A stretch of 32,000 nt of DNA from Methanobacteriota archaeon. GTDB lineage: Archaea; JAADCQ01; Methanopyri; Methanopyrales; Methanopyraceae. The position numbers and the translations under genes were made by a program. The stretch lies in assembly GCA_027064425.1 (NCBI GenBank), contig JAMOPO010000052.1, positions 147,010 through 179,009 on the forward strand, written 5' to 3'. The number at the start of each line of letters is the position of its first letter. Position 1 is the stretch's first letter. Below are positions 1 to 8,712 of the stretch, piece by piece. A model generated the notes under the pieces. It saw only the letters and a program-made list of their open reading frames with translations. It did not search any database and was not told the DNA's origin.

Positions 1-1
1 G

Positions 2-2395
2 TCCGGGGCGGAGATAGAAAGGGAGGCTCTGCTGGAGCTGGGCCCGGACGAGCGGCCGGTGAGAGGCGTGCTGGACGGTGATCCGACCCCGCCGGACAAG
101 ATCCTCAACCGGGTCCGGGCGGCGGGCACCGTTCTGGCGCGCGGGGACCTGGCCAAGACCGCCGAGCGACTTCTCGGCGGCAAGGTCGAGCGGGCGGAGT
201 TCTGCCGCCGTTGCCTGGCCTCGGACAAGATCACGGTCCTTGACGGCGGGTACAAGTTCGGGGACGTGCGCGTCTGCGGGGAGTGCGCCGAGGAGATCCT
301 GGAGGAGGAGCTGAGGTTCCGCGTCCCGAACTTCTCGCAGACCCTGCTGGAGCGCCTGAAGGAGCTCTTGGACCGGTTCCGCGACGTCGACCGCGTGATC
401 GAGATGGTGGACCCCTCGTTCGACCCGGCCCGCGAGGACGAGAAGACGCGGTGGGACGTGGTCGAGGCGGAGGATGAGGAAGAGGAGGAGCGCCTGCCGA
501 TCTCGAAGGTGGACGCCCCGGCCCGACTCATCAGCCTCCTGCGCGAGCTCGGGTACCGCGAGCTGACCCCGGTTCAGACCAAGTGCGTACGCGCGGGCCT
601 GCTGGAGGGCGAGAACCTGCTGGTGGTGTCTCCCACCGGGTCCGGGAAGACGCTCGTGGCCGAGCTCGCGGGCCTGACCCGGGTGCTCGAGGAAGGGAAG
701 AAGATGGTCTACCTGGTGCCCCTCGTGGCGCTGGCCAACCAGAAGTTCCGCGAGTTCCGGGAAAAGTACGGCGAGAGGCTCAACGTCGGCGTCCGACTCC
801 AGGTCGGTGCGACCAGGCTGAAGGAGTTCTCGAGACCGGAGCGGGGCCCCGACCCGGAGGAGGCGGACATCATCGTGGGGACGTACGAGGGGTTCGACCT
901 GCTCCTCCGCACCCGGGCGATCGACCCGGACGAGATCGGTGTGGTTGTGATCGATGAGGTGCACAGCTTGGCCGACGAGGACCGAGGTCCCCGGCTGGAC
1001 GGTCTTATTTGCCGCCTTAAGACCCTGACCGACGCGCAGCTACTGGGCCTGTCGGCCACGGTGGGCAACCCGGAGGAGCTCGCGGAGTACCTCGACGCGC
1101 GCCCGGTCATCCACGAGCGGAGGCCGGTACCGTTGGAGTATCACCTCGTGATCAACCAAGACCGACGGCAGAAGTGGGACCGCATCGCCCGGCTCGTGGA
1201 GGCGGAGTGGGAGACGGAGTACTCCACCGGCTACCGGGGCCAGACGATCGTCTTCACCCACTCCCGGCAGAACACGCACCGCCTGGCCGACTTCCTCCAG
1301 GAGCGGACGGGGCTGGACGTCGCCCCCTACCACGCTGGGCTGCCCTACGACCGGCGCAAGTCGACCGAGCAGGCCTTCGAGCGGGGCGAGCTGGCGGCCG
1401 TCGTCACGACCGCGGCCCTCGGCGCGGGCGTCGATTTCCCAGCCTCTCAGGTGATCTTCGAGAGCCTGGCGATGGGTGTCGAGTGGCTGACGCCCATGGA
1501 GTTCCAGCAGATGGCGGGGCGGGCTGGACGGCCCGGTTACCACGACCGGGGCAAGGTCGTCCTGATGGTGGAGCCGGGGCGCCGGTACCACTCCGGTCAA
1601 GAGGACACCGAGGACAAGGTCGCCTTCCGACTGCTCGAGTCGGAGCCGGAGCCGGTCGAGGTGGAGTACGACGATGAGGACGAGCGCGAGCAGGTGCTGG
1701 CGCACGTGGCCAGCGGCGCCGCCTCCTCCCCGGAGGAGCTCCGACGGGTCTGCTCCGAATCCTTCGGGTTCGCCGGCGACCCGGAGCGGAGGCTCAAGGA
1801 GCTTCGGGAGATGGGGTTCGTGAAGGGGTTCAAGCTGACGCGCCGGGGCCGGGTGGCCGCCCGCTACTTCGCCGGACCGCGCACGGTGCACCGGCTCGTC
1901 GAGTCCGAGCGAGAGGATCCACTGCAGGCCGTGGCCGAGGTGTGCCCGTTCGAGCGGCTGCAGCTGTCCCCCTCGATCCGGCGGGCGGTCGAGCGGGTCA
2001 CGAGGATGTCCGTGCCCGCCCGCTTCGAGGACGCCCTGGAGGTCATCCACTCCGAGCGCCGCGAGGTGCTTGAGCACCTACCCAAGAAGGAGCGTGACCG
2101 ACTGATCAAACTGATCCGAGCGGTGGACTGCGGGTGCGATGCGTTCCCGCACTGCGATCACGTGCCCGCCAAGGCCTCTGCGCTGCTGCTGAGGACGCGC
2201 TTAGAGGGTAAATCAGTCTTCGCCATGCCCAGGGAGCTGGAGCGGAGGTACGGTCTAACGGCGTACCCGACCGACGTCGCGAGCTGGCTGGAGGAGGTGA
2301 TCCGGCTCCTGGAGTGCGCGGCCGAAATCGCGGAGGAGCCGGGGATGAGGGCGGCGGCGGAGGCCCTCGCCGATCCCTGGTCTACCCGCCGCTGA
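2..2395 (+). CDS. Ski2-like DEAD/DEAH-box helicase, probably 5'-truncated by the window
   Basis: Motifs SPTGSGKT, VVIDEVHSL, LSATVGNPEE, TTAALGAGVDFP and QMAGRAGRPG; N-terminal CRRC...CGEC zinc-finger-like cluster. The frame stays open upstream of the listed start at 59 to the window edge (SGAEIEREALLELGPDERPV). Confidence 0.93.
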   Translation, partial: SGAEIEREALLELGPDERPVRGVLDGDPTPPDKILNRVRAAGTVLARGDLAKTAERLLGGKVERAEFCRRCLASDKITVLDGGYKFGDVRVCGECAEEILEEELRFRVPNFSQTLLERLKELLDRFRDVDRVIEMVDPSFDPAREDEKTRWDVVEAEDEEEEERLPISKVDAPARLISLLRELGYRELTPVQTKCVRAGLLEGENLLVVSPTGSGKTLVAELAGLTRVLEEGKKMVYLVPLVALANQKFREFREKYGERLNVGVRLQVGATRLKEFSRPERGPDPEEADIIVGTYEGFDLLLRTRAIDPDEIGVVVIDEVHSLADEDRGPRLDGLICRLKTLTDAQLLGLSATVGNPEELAEYLDARPVIHERRPVPLEYHLVINQDRRQKWDRIARLVEAEWETEYSTGYRGQTIVFTHSRQNTHRLADFLQERTGLDVAPYHAGLPYDRRKSTEQAFERGELAAVVTTAALGAGVDFPASQVIFESLAMGVEWLTPMEFQQMAGRAGRPGYHDRGKVVLMVEPGRRYHSGQEDTEDKVAFRLLESEPEPVEVEYDDEDEREQVLAHVASGAASSPEELRRVCSESFGFAGDPERRLKELREMGFVKGFKLTRRGRVAARYFAGPRTVHRLVESEREDPLQAVAEVCPFERLQLSPSIRRAVERVTRMSVPARFEDALEVIHSERREVLEHLPKKERDRLIKLIRAVDCGCDAFPHCDHVPAKASALLLRTRLEGKSVFAMPRELERRYGLTAYPTDVASWLEEVIRLLECAAEIAEEPGMRAAAEALADPWSTRR

Positions 2396-2687
2396 GCTCC
2401 TCGAGCGCCCGGCGCGCGAGCTCCGCCGCCTTCCTGCCCCGGACGGTTAACGCCCCCTCCACCTCCGTGCCGAGCACCGTGGCGCGAATGCGGGCCTCCA
2501 CCTCCTCCTCTCGCACCTCACCCTCAACGTCCACGGAGTATCGATCCTTCGCGTCCTTCAGCCTCACCTGGTAGGAGTCACCCTCTAGCTCGACGTCGAT
2601 CTCCGCATTCTTGACGACGTCGACGACGGCCACCACCGACTGCTCCAGCACCTGCATCGCGAGCCGCATGACGTTCTCCGGCGTCAT
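2382..2687 (-). CDS. Small acidic conserved hypothetical protein (~101 aa)
   Basis: ORF MTPENVMRLAMQVLEQSVVAVVDVVKNAEIDVELEGD... The longer listed ORF (to 3044) runs antisense to the CofE-like gene. Alternative ATG at 2741. Confidence 0.6.
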   Translation of the reverse strand: MTPENVMRLAMQVLEQSVVAVVDVVKNAEIDVELEGDSYQVRLKDAKDRYSVDVEGEVREEEVEARIRATVLGTEVEGALTVRGRKAAELARRALEELSGG

Positions 2688-2739
2688 GTACTTCTTCACC
2701 AGCTTGTCGAGCAAGGCGGTGCCCCCGGTGGTGGTACCC

Positions 2740-3612
2740 ATGTCCGGCGAGCGCCGGGAGTACCGGCTGATCCCGGTGAGGGATAAGTACTGGCGGGTAG
2801 GCTCCGGGGCGTTGAAAAACGCGTTGACGGCGCTCGAGGGGGTTGAGCTGCGGGACGGGGACGTGCTGCTGGTCTCCGAGAAGGCGGTGGCCGTGGCCGA
2901 GGGAGAGCTCATCGACGAGCGCGAGTACGAGCCCGGTCCCCTGGCCAAGCTGCTGGTGACCCTGTGGATGAGGATCGTCTGGGGGCGGATACTGGGGCCG
3001 CTGCTGGGACCGCTGATGGATCCGCCGCTGCGCGAGGAGACCATCCGGAACTTTCGACGCTATCCGAAGCGGGAGGGAGCGATGCACAAGCAGATGATCC
3101 TTGAGGAGTTCGGCCTGCTTCACGCGCTGGAGCCGGTATCGGAGGCCGGCTGCGACGTGGGGAACGTCCCGGGGTACTTCGCCGCGCCCGTCCCGGCCTC
3201 GGCCGACCGGTTCGCGCGACGCTTGAGGGAGCGGCTGCGCGAGGACCGCGGGGTGGACGTGTCCGTCGTCGTGGGAGACACCGACAAGACGTACGAGCTC
3301 TTCGGTGTACTCTTCACGACGATCGCTCGGGCGCACCCGGAGATAATCTCCGGGACGGGCGTCCTAGGGTTCCTAATCGGCCGACTCCTGGCGCGAACCC
3401 TGGGCCCGACGCCCGTCGCCATCGCGGGCGACGTGGAGGTCCGGGAGGCGATTCGGCTCCTGAAAGAGGCCGAGCGGGTCCGGACGAAGGGGGCGGGGCG
3501 CACGGTCTACGACGCGCTGGACGAGGTGGGCGACCCGGGGCGCCTCGACGAGGACTTCCTGAACAGGTTCGAGCACGTGCCGATCGTGGTGGCTCGCCCC
3601 GTCAGCCGGTGA
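2740..3612 (+). CDS. CofE-like (coenzyme F420-0:L-glutamate ligase superfamily) protein, divergent paralogue
   Basis: ATG at 2740 (MSGERREYRLIPV...). LRDGDVLLVSEKAVAVAEG resembles the CofE N-terminal motif; VVVGDTDKTYELFG; acidic C-terminal half. Confidence 0.65.
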   Translation: MSGERREYRLIPVRDKYWRVGSGALKNALTALEGVELRDGDVLLVSEKAVAVAEGELIDEREYEPGPLAKLLVTLWMRIVWGRILGPLLGPLMDPPLREETIRNFRRYPKREGAMHKQMILEEFGLLHALEPVSEAGCDVGNVPGYFAAPVPASADRFARRLRERLREDRGVDVSVVVGDTDKTYELFGVLFTTIARAHPEIISGTGVLGFLIGRLLARTLGPTPVAIAGDVEVREAIRLLKEAERVRTKGAGRTVYDALDEVGDPGRLDEDFLNRFEHVPIVVARPVSR

Positions 3613-4192
3613 GCTTCAGCCCGTACTTCTCGATCTTCTCCGCGACCTTCCGTGCCGCCTTCTCCGGCTCGTCCTCGGTCTTCGCGCCCGTGCACACGGC
3701 CTTACCCGAGTAGAACAGGAGCATCGCCACGTCGGGCTCCTTGAGCCGCAGCACCAGGCCGGGGAACTGCTCGGGCTCGTACTCGATGCCCTCCACGTCC
3801 TCGTCCTCCGTGAGCACCTCCGCGATCATGTCCAGGTCCAGCGAGACGTTGAAGTCAATCGAGGCCACGATGTTCTGGATCTCGATCTCGGGCTCGCCCT
3901 CGAACTCGACCCCGCACTTCTTCTCCAGGTCCTCCCGCACCCGCTCCACGCTCTCGTAGATCTGCTCCCTGGTCTTGGCCCCGGTGCAGACCATCTTTCC
4001 GGACCGGAAGATCAGCACCACGGTGCCGATGTCCTCCAACCGGTAAACGAGGCCCGGGAACTGCTCAGGCTCGTACTCACCCTGCAGGATCACGGAGCAC
4101 TCGTCCAGGTTAACTTCACCCTTCAGATCCACCGAGGCCACGATGTTCTGGATGTCTACCTCGGGCTCGATTTCCTTCGATTCTTCCGCCAT
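3602..4192 (-). CDS. tbp: TATA-box-binding protein (TBP)
   Basis: Two TBP repeats, IQNIVASVDLKGEVNLD...PEQFPGLVYRL...LIFRSGKMVCTGAKT and IQNIVASIDFNVSLDLD...PEQFPGLVLRL...LLFYSGKAVCTGAKT. Start MAEESKE. Confidence 0.98.
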   Translation of the reverse strand: MAEESKEIEPEVDIQNIVASVDLKGEVNLDECSVILQGEYEPEQFPGLVYRLEDIGTVVLIFRSGKMVCTGAKTREQIYESVERVREDLEKKCGVEFEGEPEIEIQNIVASIDFNVSLDLDMIAEVLTEDEDVEGIEYEPEQFPGLVLRLKEPDVAMLLFYSGKAVCTGAKTEDEPEKAARKVAEKIEKYGLKLTG

Positions 4193-5147
4193 TGGGAGGG
4201 GACCCCCCATCGCATGGTAGTGCCGGGACCGGCTCGCCCTCCAAATACCTCAGCCCCAGCAGGCACAGCCCTCGCGCCTCGAGGTCCTCACCCGCGAAGA
4301 CGGCCACCTCGCCACCCCACAGCTCCGACACCCTCCGTTTTAAAAGTTCGTTTTTAACACCACCGCCCGAGAGCACCAGCAGGTCCGCGTCGAACCGGGA
4401 CGCGTTCCTCACGATCGTCTCCGCCACCAGCTCGGTCACCGTCCGCAGCGCGTCCTCCGGCTCCCCCTCGAACTCGGAGAGCACGGGCTTCAGCAGCCGC
4501 TCCTGCTCCGGCGGAACGACGCCTAGACTGCCCTTGACCGGGCCGAACACCGGCTGACCGTCCGCCTCCAACCCCTCCAGCCTCCGCCTCAGCCCTCCGT
4601 CCACCTCGCCCCGGGCCGCGGCCCGCCCGCCCTCGTCGTACTCCTCCCCCAGCAGCTCCCGGGCCGCCAGATCGATGGGAAAGGTGCCGGGGCACACGAC
4701 CGCCTTCCCGAAGTCCGGGTCGCCGCCCTCGATCGGCGTCACGACCGCCATCGCGCCCACGTCCACGTGCACGCAGTCCGGGTACTCCTCCGCCACGCAG
4801 TACGGCGCGCCCACGGCGTCACCGTCCGGGGCTCCCCACGGGTCCCCGTACACCGCCAGCGTGGGCACGCCCGTCCGCTCGTGGATCATCGGTCCCAGGA
4901 TCAGACCCAGCTCGTCCACGATCGTGCCCACGACGACCAGGTCCGGATCCACCTCCCGGACCCGGCGGACGACCCGGGGGGCGATCTCGCGGCGCAGCGC
5001 GCGCCGGCTCTCCTCGAGCGGGAACACGCACGAGATCTTGCCGAAGACCCCCTCCTCCCGGGCCACGATCTCCCACTCGCCCCGCTCGTTCATCAAGCAG
5101 TAGTCCGTGCCCGTGTTCCCCAGCTGAACCCCCAGCACCCGGACCAA
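4116..5147 (-). CDS. ASKHA-like conserved archaeal protein, possibly a methanogenesis-marker-type protein
   Basis: VRVLGVQLGNTGTDYCLM (phosphate-1-like), HVDVGAMAVV, DLLVLSGGGVKN (adenosine-like). TTG start at 5147 inferred. Family assignment uncertain. Confidence 0.55.
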   Translation of the reverse strand: MVRVLGVQLGNTGTDYCLMNERGEWEIVAREEGVFGKISCVFPLEESRRALRREIAPRVVRRVREVDPDLVVVGTIVDELGLILGPMIHERTGVPTLAVYGDPWGAPDGDAVGAPYCVAEEYPDCVHVDVGAMAVVTPIEGGDPDFGKAVVCPGTFPIDLAARELLGEEYDEGGRAAARGEVDGGLRRRLEGLEADGQPVFGPVKGSLGVVPPEQERLLKPVLSEFEGEPEDALRTVTELVAETIVRNASRFDADLLVLSGGGVKNELLKRRVSELWGGEVAVFAGEDLEARGLCLLGLRYLEGEPVPALPCDGGSPPNGGRIEGNRARGRHPEHRGLGGSEG

Positions 5148-5169
5148 GCGCGCCGGCCCCCTTCCCGAT

Positions 5170-5182
5170 GACGATTTAAGAG
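5170..5182. promoter_or_regulatory. Candidate TATA/BRE-like element in the divergent region upstream of L22 and the ASKHA-like gene
   Basis: AT-rich gacgatttaagag island in a GC-rich intergenic segment, about 25 nt from the inferred TTG start at 5147. Confidence 0.35.
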
Positions 5183-5224
5183 CAGTGAAACCCCGGCCGG
5201 GGTCCGGAAACGGGGGCGGATCGC

Positions 5225-5704
5225 TTGACGAGGACGAAGAAGTGGCATTACTCGATTCCACCCGAGGAGCTGGACGAGGACCGCACCGCCAAGGCCTTCA
5301 TCCGCGAGCTGAGGATCTCGCCCAAGCACGCCCGCGAGATCTGCCGGGCCATCCGCGGCAAGCCGCTCGACGAGGCCAAGGAGTTCCTGAAGCGCGTGAT
5401 CCGGAAGGAGGAGGCGGTGCCCTTCAGGAAGCACAAAAAGAAGGTTCCGCACCGCCGGCAGATCCGGCCGGGATGGGACGCCGGTAGGTTCCCGCAGAAG
5501 GCCGCGCGCGAGATCCTACGGGTCCTGGAGCACGCGGAGGCCAACGCCGAGCAGAAGGGCCTGGACACGGACCGCCTCTACATAAAGCACATAGCGGCGC
5601 ACAAGGGCCGCGTGATCCGCGGCTGGATCCCGCGAGCCTTCGGGCGAGCGACCCCGTTCAACACGCCCACCACGCACATCGAGGTGATCCTGGAGGAGCG
5701 CTAG
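5225..5704 (+). CDS. rpl22: 50S ribosomal protein L22
   Basis: [15 protein letters not shown]...[23 protein letters not shown]...[35 protein letters not shown]; followed by S3. Confidence 0.97.
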   Translation: MTRTKKWHYSIPPEELDEDRTAKAFIRELRISPKHAREICRAIRGKPLDEAKEFLKRVIRKEEAVPFRKHKKKVPHRRQIRPGWDAGRFPQKAAREILRVLEHAEANAEQKGLDTDRLYIKHIAAHKGRVIRGWIPRAFGRATPFNTPTTHIEVILEER

Positions 5705-5718
5705 GGGGAGCCCCCGCC

Positions 5719-6435
5719 ATGGTGATGTACGGTGAGAACGTCCCGGTGCACAAGAAGTTCGTGCAGTACGGCATGCTGAAGACCGAGCTGGACGAGTACC
5801 TGGAGAAGGAGCTGGATCGCGCCGGTTACGGCGGGATGCGGCTCCAGCGCGTGCCGAACGCGACCAAGATCATCGCGTACGTCGAGCGGCCGGCCATCGC
5901 CATCGGTCGCCGCGGGCGCAACATCCGCCGCATCGAGGAGGAGGTGCAGGAGAAGTTCCCGCTCCTGGGCCGCGTCACGATCGAGGTCAAGGAGATCCCA
6001 GTACCGGAGCTCAACCCACGCGTCGTCGCCCGCCGGCTCGCGTCCGCGATCGAGCGCGGCGTCCACTTCCGTCGTGCGGCCTACGGCGCCCTGCGTCGCA
6101 TCATGAACGCGGGTGCCAAGGGCGCGCTCATCAAGCTCTCGGGCAAGCTGATCGGCGCTCGGGCCCGGACGGAGAAGTTCATGGACGGCGTGGTCAAGTA
6201 CTGCGGCGAGCCCGGTGACGAGTACATGATCGAGGGCTACGTCCAGGCGATCACCAAGCCGGGAGCCATTGGCGTTACCGTAAAGATCATGCCACCCGAC
6301 GTGGAACTGCCGGACGAGATCGAGGTCAAGCCGCCGGAGGAGGTGGAGGACAAGCTGAAGGAGCTCGTCGGCGAAAAGGCCGAGGAGGAGAGCGAGGAGG
6401 AGAAGCCGGAGGAGTCCGAGGAGGGGGAGGAGTAG
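5719..6435 (+). CDS. rps3: 30S ribosomal protein S3
   Basis: KH domain (IAIGRRGRNIRRIEEEVQEKFPL) and S3 C-terminal domain (GAKGALIKLSGKLIGARARTEKFMDG); acidic tail. Confidence 0.98.
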   Translation: MVMYGENVPVHKKFVQYGMLKTELDEYLEKELDRAGYGGMRLQRVPNATKIIAYVERPAIAIGRRGRNIRRIEEEVQEKFPLLGRVTIEVKEIPVPELNPRVVARRLASAIERGVHFRRAAYGALRRIMNAGAKGALIKLSGKLIGARARTEKFMDGVVKYCGEPGDEYMIEGYVQAITKPGAIGVTVKIMPPDVELPDEIEVKPPEEVEDKLKELVGEKAEEESEEEKPEESEEGEE

Positions 6436-6438
6436 CCC

Positions 6439-6672
6439 ATGGGCAAGTACAAGCTGCACTCGGACGACATCCGCGAGATGTCCCCGGAGGAGCGGCGCGA
6501 GAAGCTCAAGGAGCTTAAGGCGGAGCTGCTCAAGGAGATGACCTCCAAGTCCGTCGCCGGCGTCCCGGAGAATCCCGGGAGGGTAAGAGAAATAAAGAAG
6601 AACATCGCCAGAATTCTCACGATAGAGCGCGAGGAGGAGCTTAAGAAAATCCGAGAGGCCGAAAAACGCTGA
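6439..6672 (+). CDS. rpl29: 50S ribosomal protein L29
   Basis: LKELKAELLKEM...NPGRVREIKKNIARILTIEREEE; position after S3. Confidence 0.93.
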   Translation: MGKYKLHSDDIREMSPEERREKLKELKAELLKEMTSKSVAGVPENPGRVREIKKNIARILTIEREEELKKIREAEKR

Positions 6673-6690
6673 GGGGAAGGCCCCGGAAAG

Positions 6691-7011
6691 ATGCAGGACG
6701 AAGACGTCTGCCCCGTTTGCGGACTTCCGAAGGAGCTCTGTGTTTGTGAGGAGGTCTCTAAGGAGACCGTTGAGAAGATCAAGATCTACACGGAGCAGGT
6801 CCGGCCCGGCAAGATCGTCACCATCATCGAGGGCCTCGATGACACGGACGTTGACCTCCAGGAGCTCGCGAGCAAGTTGAAGAAGGAGTGCGCCTGCGGA
6901 GGCACCGCCAAGGAGGGCAAGATCATCCTACAGGGCGATCACCGGAACAAGGTCCGGGAGTACCTGATTAAGAAGGAAGGGTTCCCGGAAGACACCATCG
7001 AGGTCTCCTAG
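6691..7011 (+). CDS. Translation initiation factor SUI1/aIF1
   Basis: CPVCGLPKELCVCEE...IVTIIEGLDDTDVDLQELASKLKKECACGGTAKEGKIILQGDHR. Confidence 0.95.
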   Translation: MQDEDVCPVCGLPKELCVCEEVSKETVEKIKIYTEQVRPGKIVTIIEGLDDTDVDLQELASKLKKECACGGTAKEGKIILQGDHRNKVREYLIKKEGFPEDTIEVS

Positions 7012-7736
7012 CCGGCACCGGCCCTGAGCCCGGCGATGAACACCCTCCTACCAGAGACCTCCCGCGGGAACGCCACCCCAACCTTCACCTTGAACCCCTC
7101 TTTCTCCAGGAACTTGCCCCGGATCCGGCACACGGTCAGCTGGTGACGCACCGAGTCTTCGGCCCGCTTCAGCTCGCGCTTAAGCCACTCGTACTCGCTT
7201 TCTTCTTTCACGCCGGGCCGCACCCCTAGTTCGTCTATTATCACCCTAGGGCTCGCCCGCCCGTAGCAGCACGGGACCACCAGTGCGACGCGCGCCCCGA
7301 GCTCCCGGGCCAGCTCCAGCATCCGGTCCGTTAGCGTGCCGCAGAGGTGCAGTCCGACCACGACGTCCGCCCGTTTCACGCTGATCCCGACGCGGCCCGA
7401 GACCACCTCGTGCAGGTCCCACGTCTCGAACCTCAGGTTGCTCACACCCACGGACTCCAGGTACTCCTCCAGGACCGGCCACGACTTGAACTCGCGGACG
7501 TCGAACCCCAGCACCTCGCACGAGGGACACGACAGGGCCATCGCGGCGGTCAGCGCCCCGCGACCGCACCCGGCGTCCACGATCACGTCTCCCGGCCTGA
7601 CCCACGTGCACAGGAGCTCCAGCAGCCTCCCCACCTGCTCCCGCTTACGATGGGCGTCCCGGGCCGAGCTGGGGAACGCCTCTCGAGGCAGGTACAGCCG
7701 CTCCTCCCCGTGGGGGCCACGATACTTGACCTCCAC
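7008..7736 (-). CDS. SAM-dependent methyltransferase with GLHLCG/PCCYG signatures (TRM13/METTL25-like)
   Basis: DVIVDAGCGRGALTAAMAL motif I; VVVGLHLCGTLTDRML; VVPCCYGRA. Confidence 0.8.
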   Translation of the reverse strand: MEVKYRGPHGEERLYLPREAFPSSARDAHRKREQVGRLLELLCTWVRPGDVIVDAGCGRGALTAAMALSCPSCEVLGFDVREFKSWPVLEEYLESVGVSNLRFETWDLHEVVSGRVGISVKRADVVVGLHLCGTLTDRMLELARELGARVALVVPCCYGRASPRVIIDELGVRPGVKEESEYEWLKRELKRAEDSVRHQLTVCRIRGKFLEKEGFKVKVGVAFPREVSGRRVFIAGLRAGAG

Positions 7737-7980
7737 GGCTCACCCCCCGAGGCCCGAGGACCTCCTTGGCAAAAAATTCAGGGTCGTAAGGGCCCGCTCC
7801 CGGCCTCACTACGGCACCCGCGGCAGGATCCTTGGCTTCACCAGGAACTGCCTGGTCTACGGCGACCGCCGGGACCAGAAGCTCCTACCGCTCGACGGAG
7901 TCATCCTCGAGGTGGAAACCGAGGAGGGGAGGATCAGGGTGGAGGGGGACCAGCTACTCCGACTCCTTCGCGATCCTTAG
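7726..7980 (+). CDS. rnp1: Ribonuclease P protein component 1 (Rpp29/Pop4-like), very short
   Basis: LLGKKFRVVRARSRPHYGTRGRILGFTRNCLVYGD...GVILEVETEEGRIRVEGDQLLRLL; syntenic after aIF1 as in many archaea. TTG start at 7726 inferred. Confidence 0.65.
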   Translation: MTSTAHPPRPEDLLGKKFRVVRARSRPHYGTRGRILGFTRNCLVYGDRRDQKLLPLDGVILEVETEEGRIRVEGDQLLRLLRDP

Positions 7981-8712
7981 CAGCTCAATGGGTACTGGCA
8001 CGACCAGCGTGACGTTCTCCTCCGCGGACACCTCCGAGAGCGTCTGAAGCAGCCGCAGCAGCCCCGGATCCACGCCCAGCTTCTCCGCCGCCTCCTTCAG
8101 GTCCTTAGCGGCCTGGCGCTCGGCCCGGGCCTGGATGATCCTCGCCCGCCGGTCCCGCTCGGCCTCCGCCTGCCGCGCCATCGCCCGCCGCATCTCCTCC
8201 GGGAGGACGACGTCCCGGATCTCCACGTCCACGATCCTAACGCCCCAGTCCCTCGTCTTCTCGTCGATGATCTCCTTGATCCGCTCGCTCAGCTCCTCCC
8301 GCTTGGCCAGCACGTCGTCCAGCTCCACCTCGCCCAGGACCGATCGAAGGGTCGTCTGGGCCAGGTTGAACACCGCCCCCTCGTAGTCCCCCACGTTGAG
8401 CACCGCGCGGGCCGGGTCGACCACGCGGTAGTAGATCACGGCGTCCACCTTGATCGGCACGTTGTCCCTCGTGATCACCTCCTGCGGCGGGATCTCCCGG
8501 GTGATGACCCGCAGGTCCACCTTAACCAGCCGGTCGATGACCGGGATGATCAGGTTCAGCCCGGGTGGTCGCGTGCCCACGTACCTGCCCAACCGCAAGA
8601 GCACGCCGCGCTCGTACTCGTTCAACACCCTCACGGACATGGCCAGCAGGACCAGCGCCGCCCCGAGACCGACCGCCAGCCACTTCCACGGGATCGTCGC
8701 CCACGAGATCAT
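7954..8712 (-). CDS. SPFH/band-7 (stomatin/prohibitin-like) membrane protein
   Basis: N-terminal TM helix; VLNEYERGVLLRLGRY...PPGLNLIIPVIDRLVKVDLR...QEVITRDNVPIKVDAVIYYRV. Confidence 0.95.
   Translation of the reverse strand: MISWATIPWKWLAVGLGAALVLLAMSVRVLNEYERGVLLRLGRYVGTRPPGLNLIIPVIDRLVKVDLRVITREIPPQEVITRDNVPIKVDAVIYYRVVDPARAVLNVGDYEGAVFNLAQTTLRSVLGEVELDDVLAKREELSERIKEIIDEKTRDWGVRIVDVEIRDVVLPEEMRRAMARQAEAERDRRARIIQARAERQAAKDLKEAAEKLGVDPGLLRLLQTLSEVSAEENVTLVVPVPIELLRIAKESE

Noticed and set aside
1040-2109. Minus-strand ORFs opposite the helicase (345 aa and smaller)
   Set aside because: Shadow ORFs of a strongly supported helicase; no motifs.
3741-3959. Serine-rich plus-strand ORF opposite TBP
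   Set aside because: Low-complexity antisense reading of acidic (Asp/Glu) codons, a recurrent artefact in this window.
7770-7780. caaaaaattc A-run as a possible TATA box or terminator
   Set aside because: It falls inside the Rpp29-like coding frame and encodes the plausible residues GKKF; no associated start at the right spacing.
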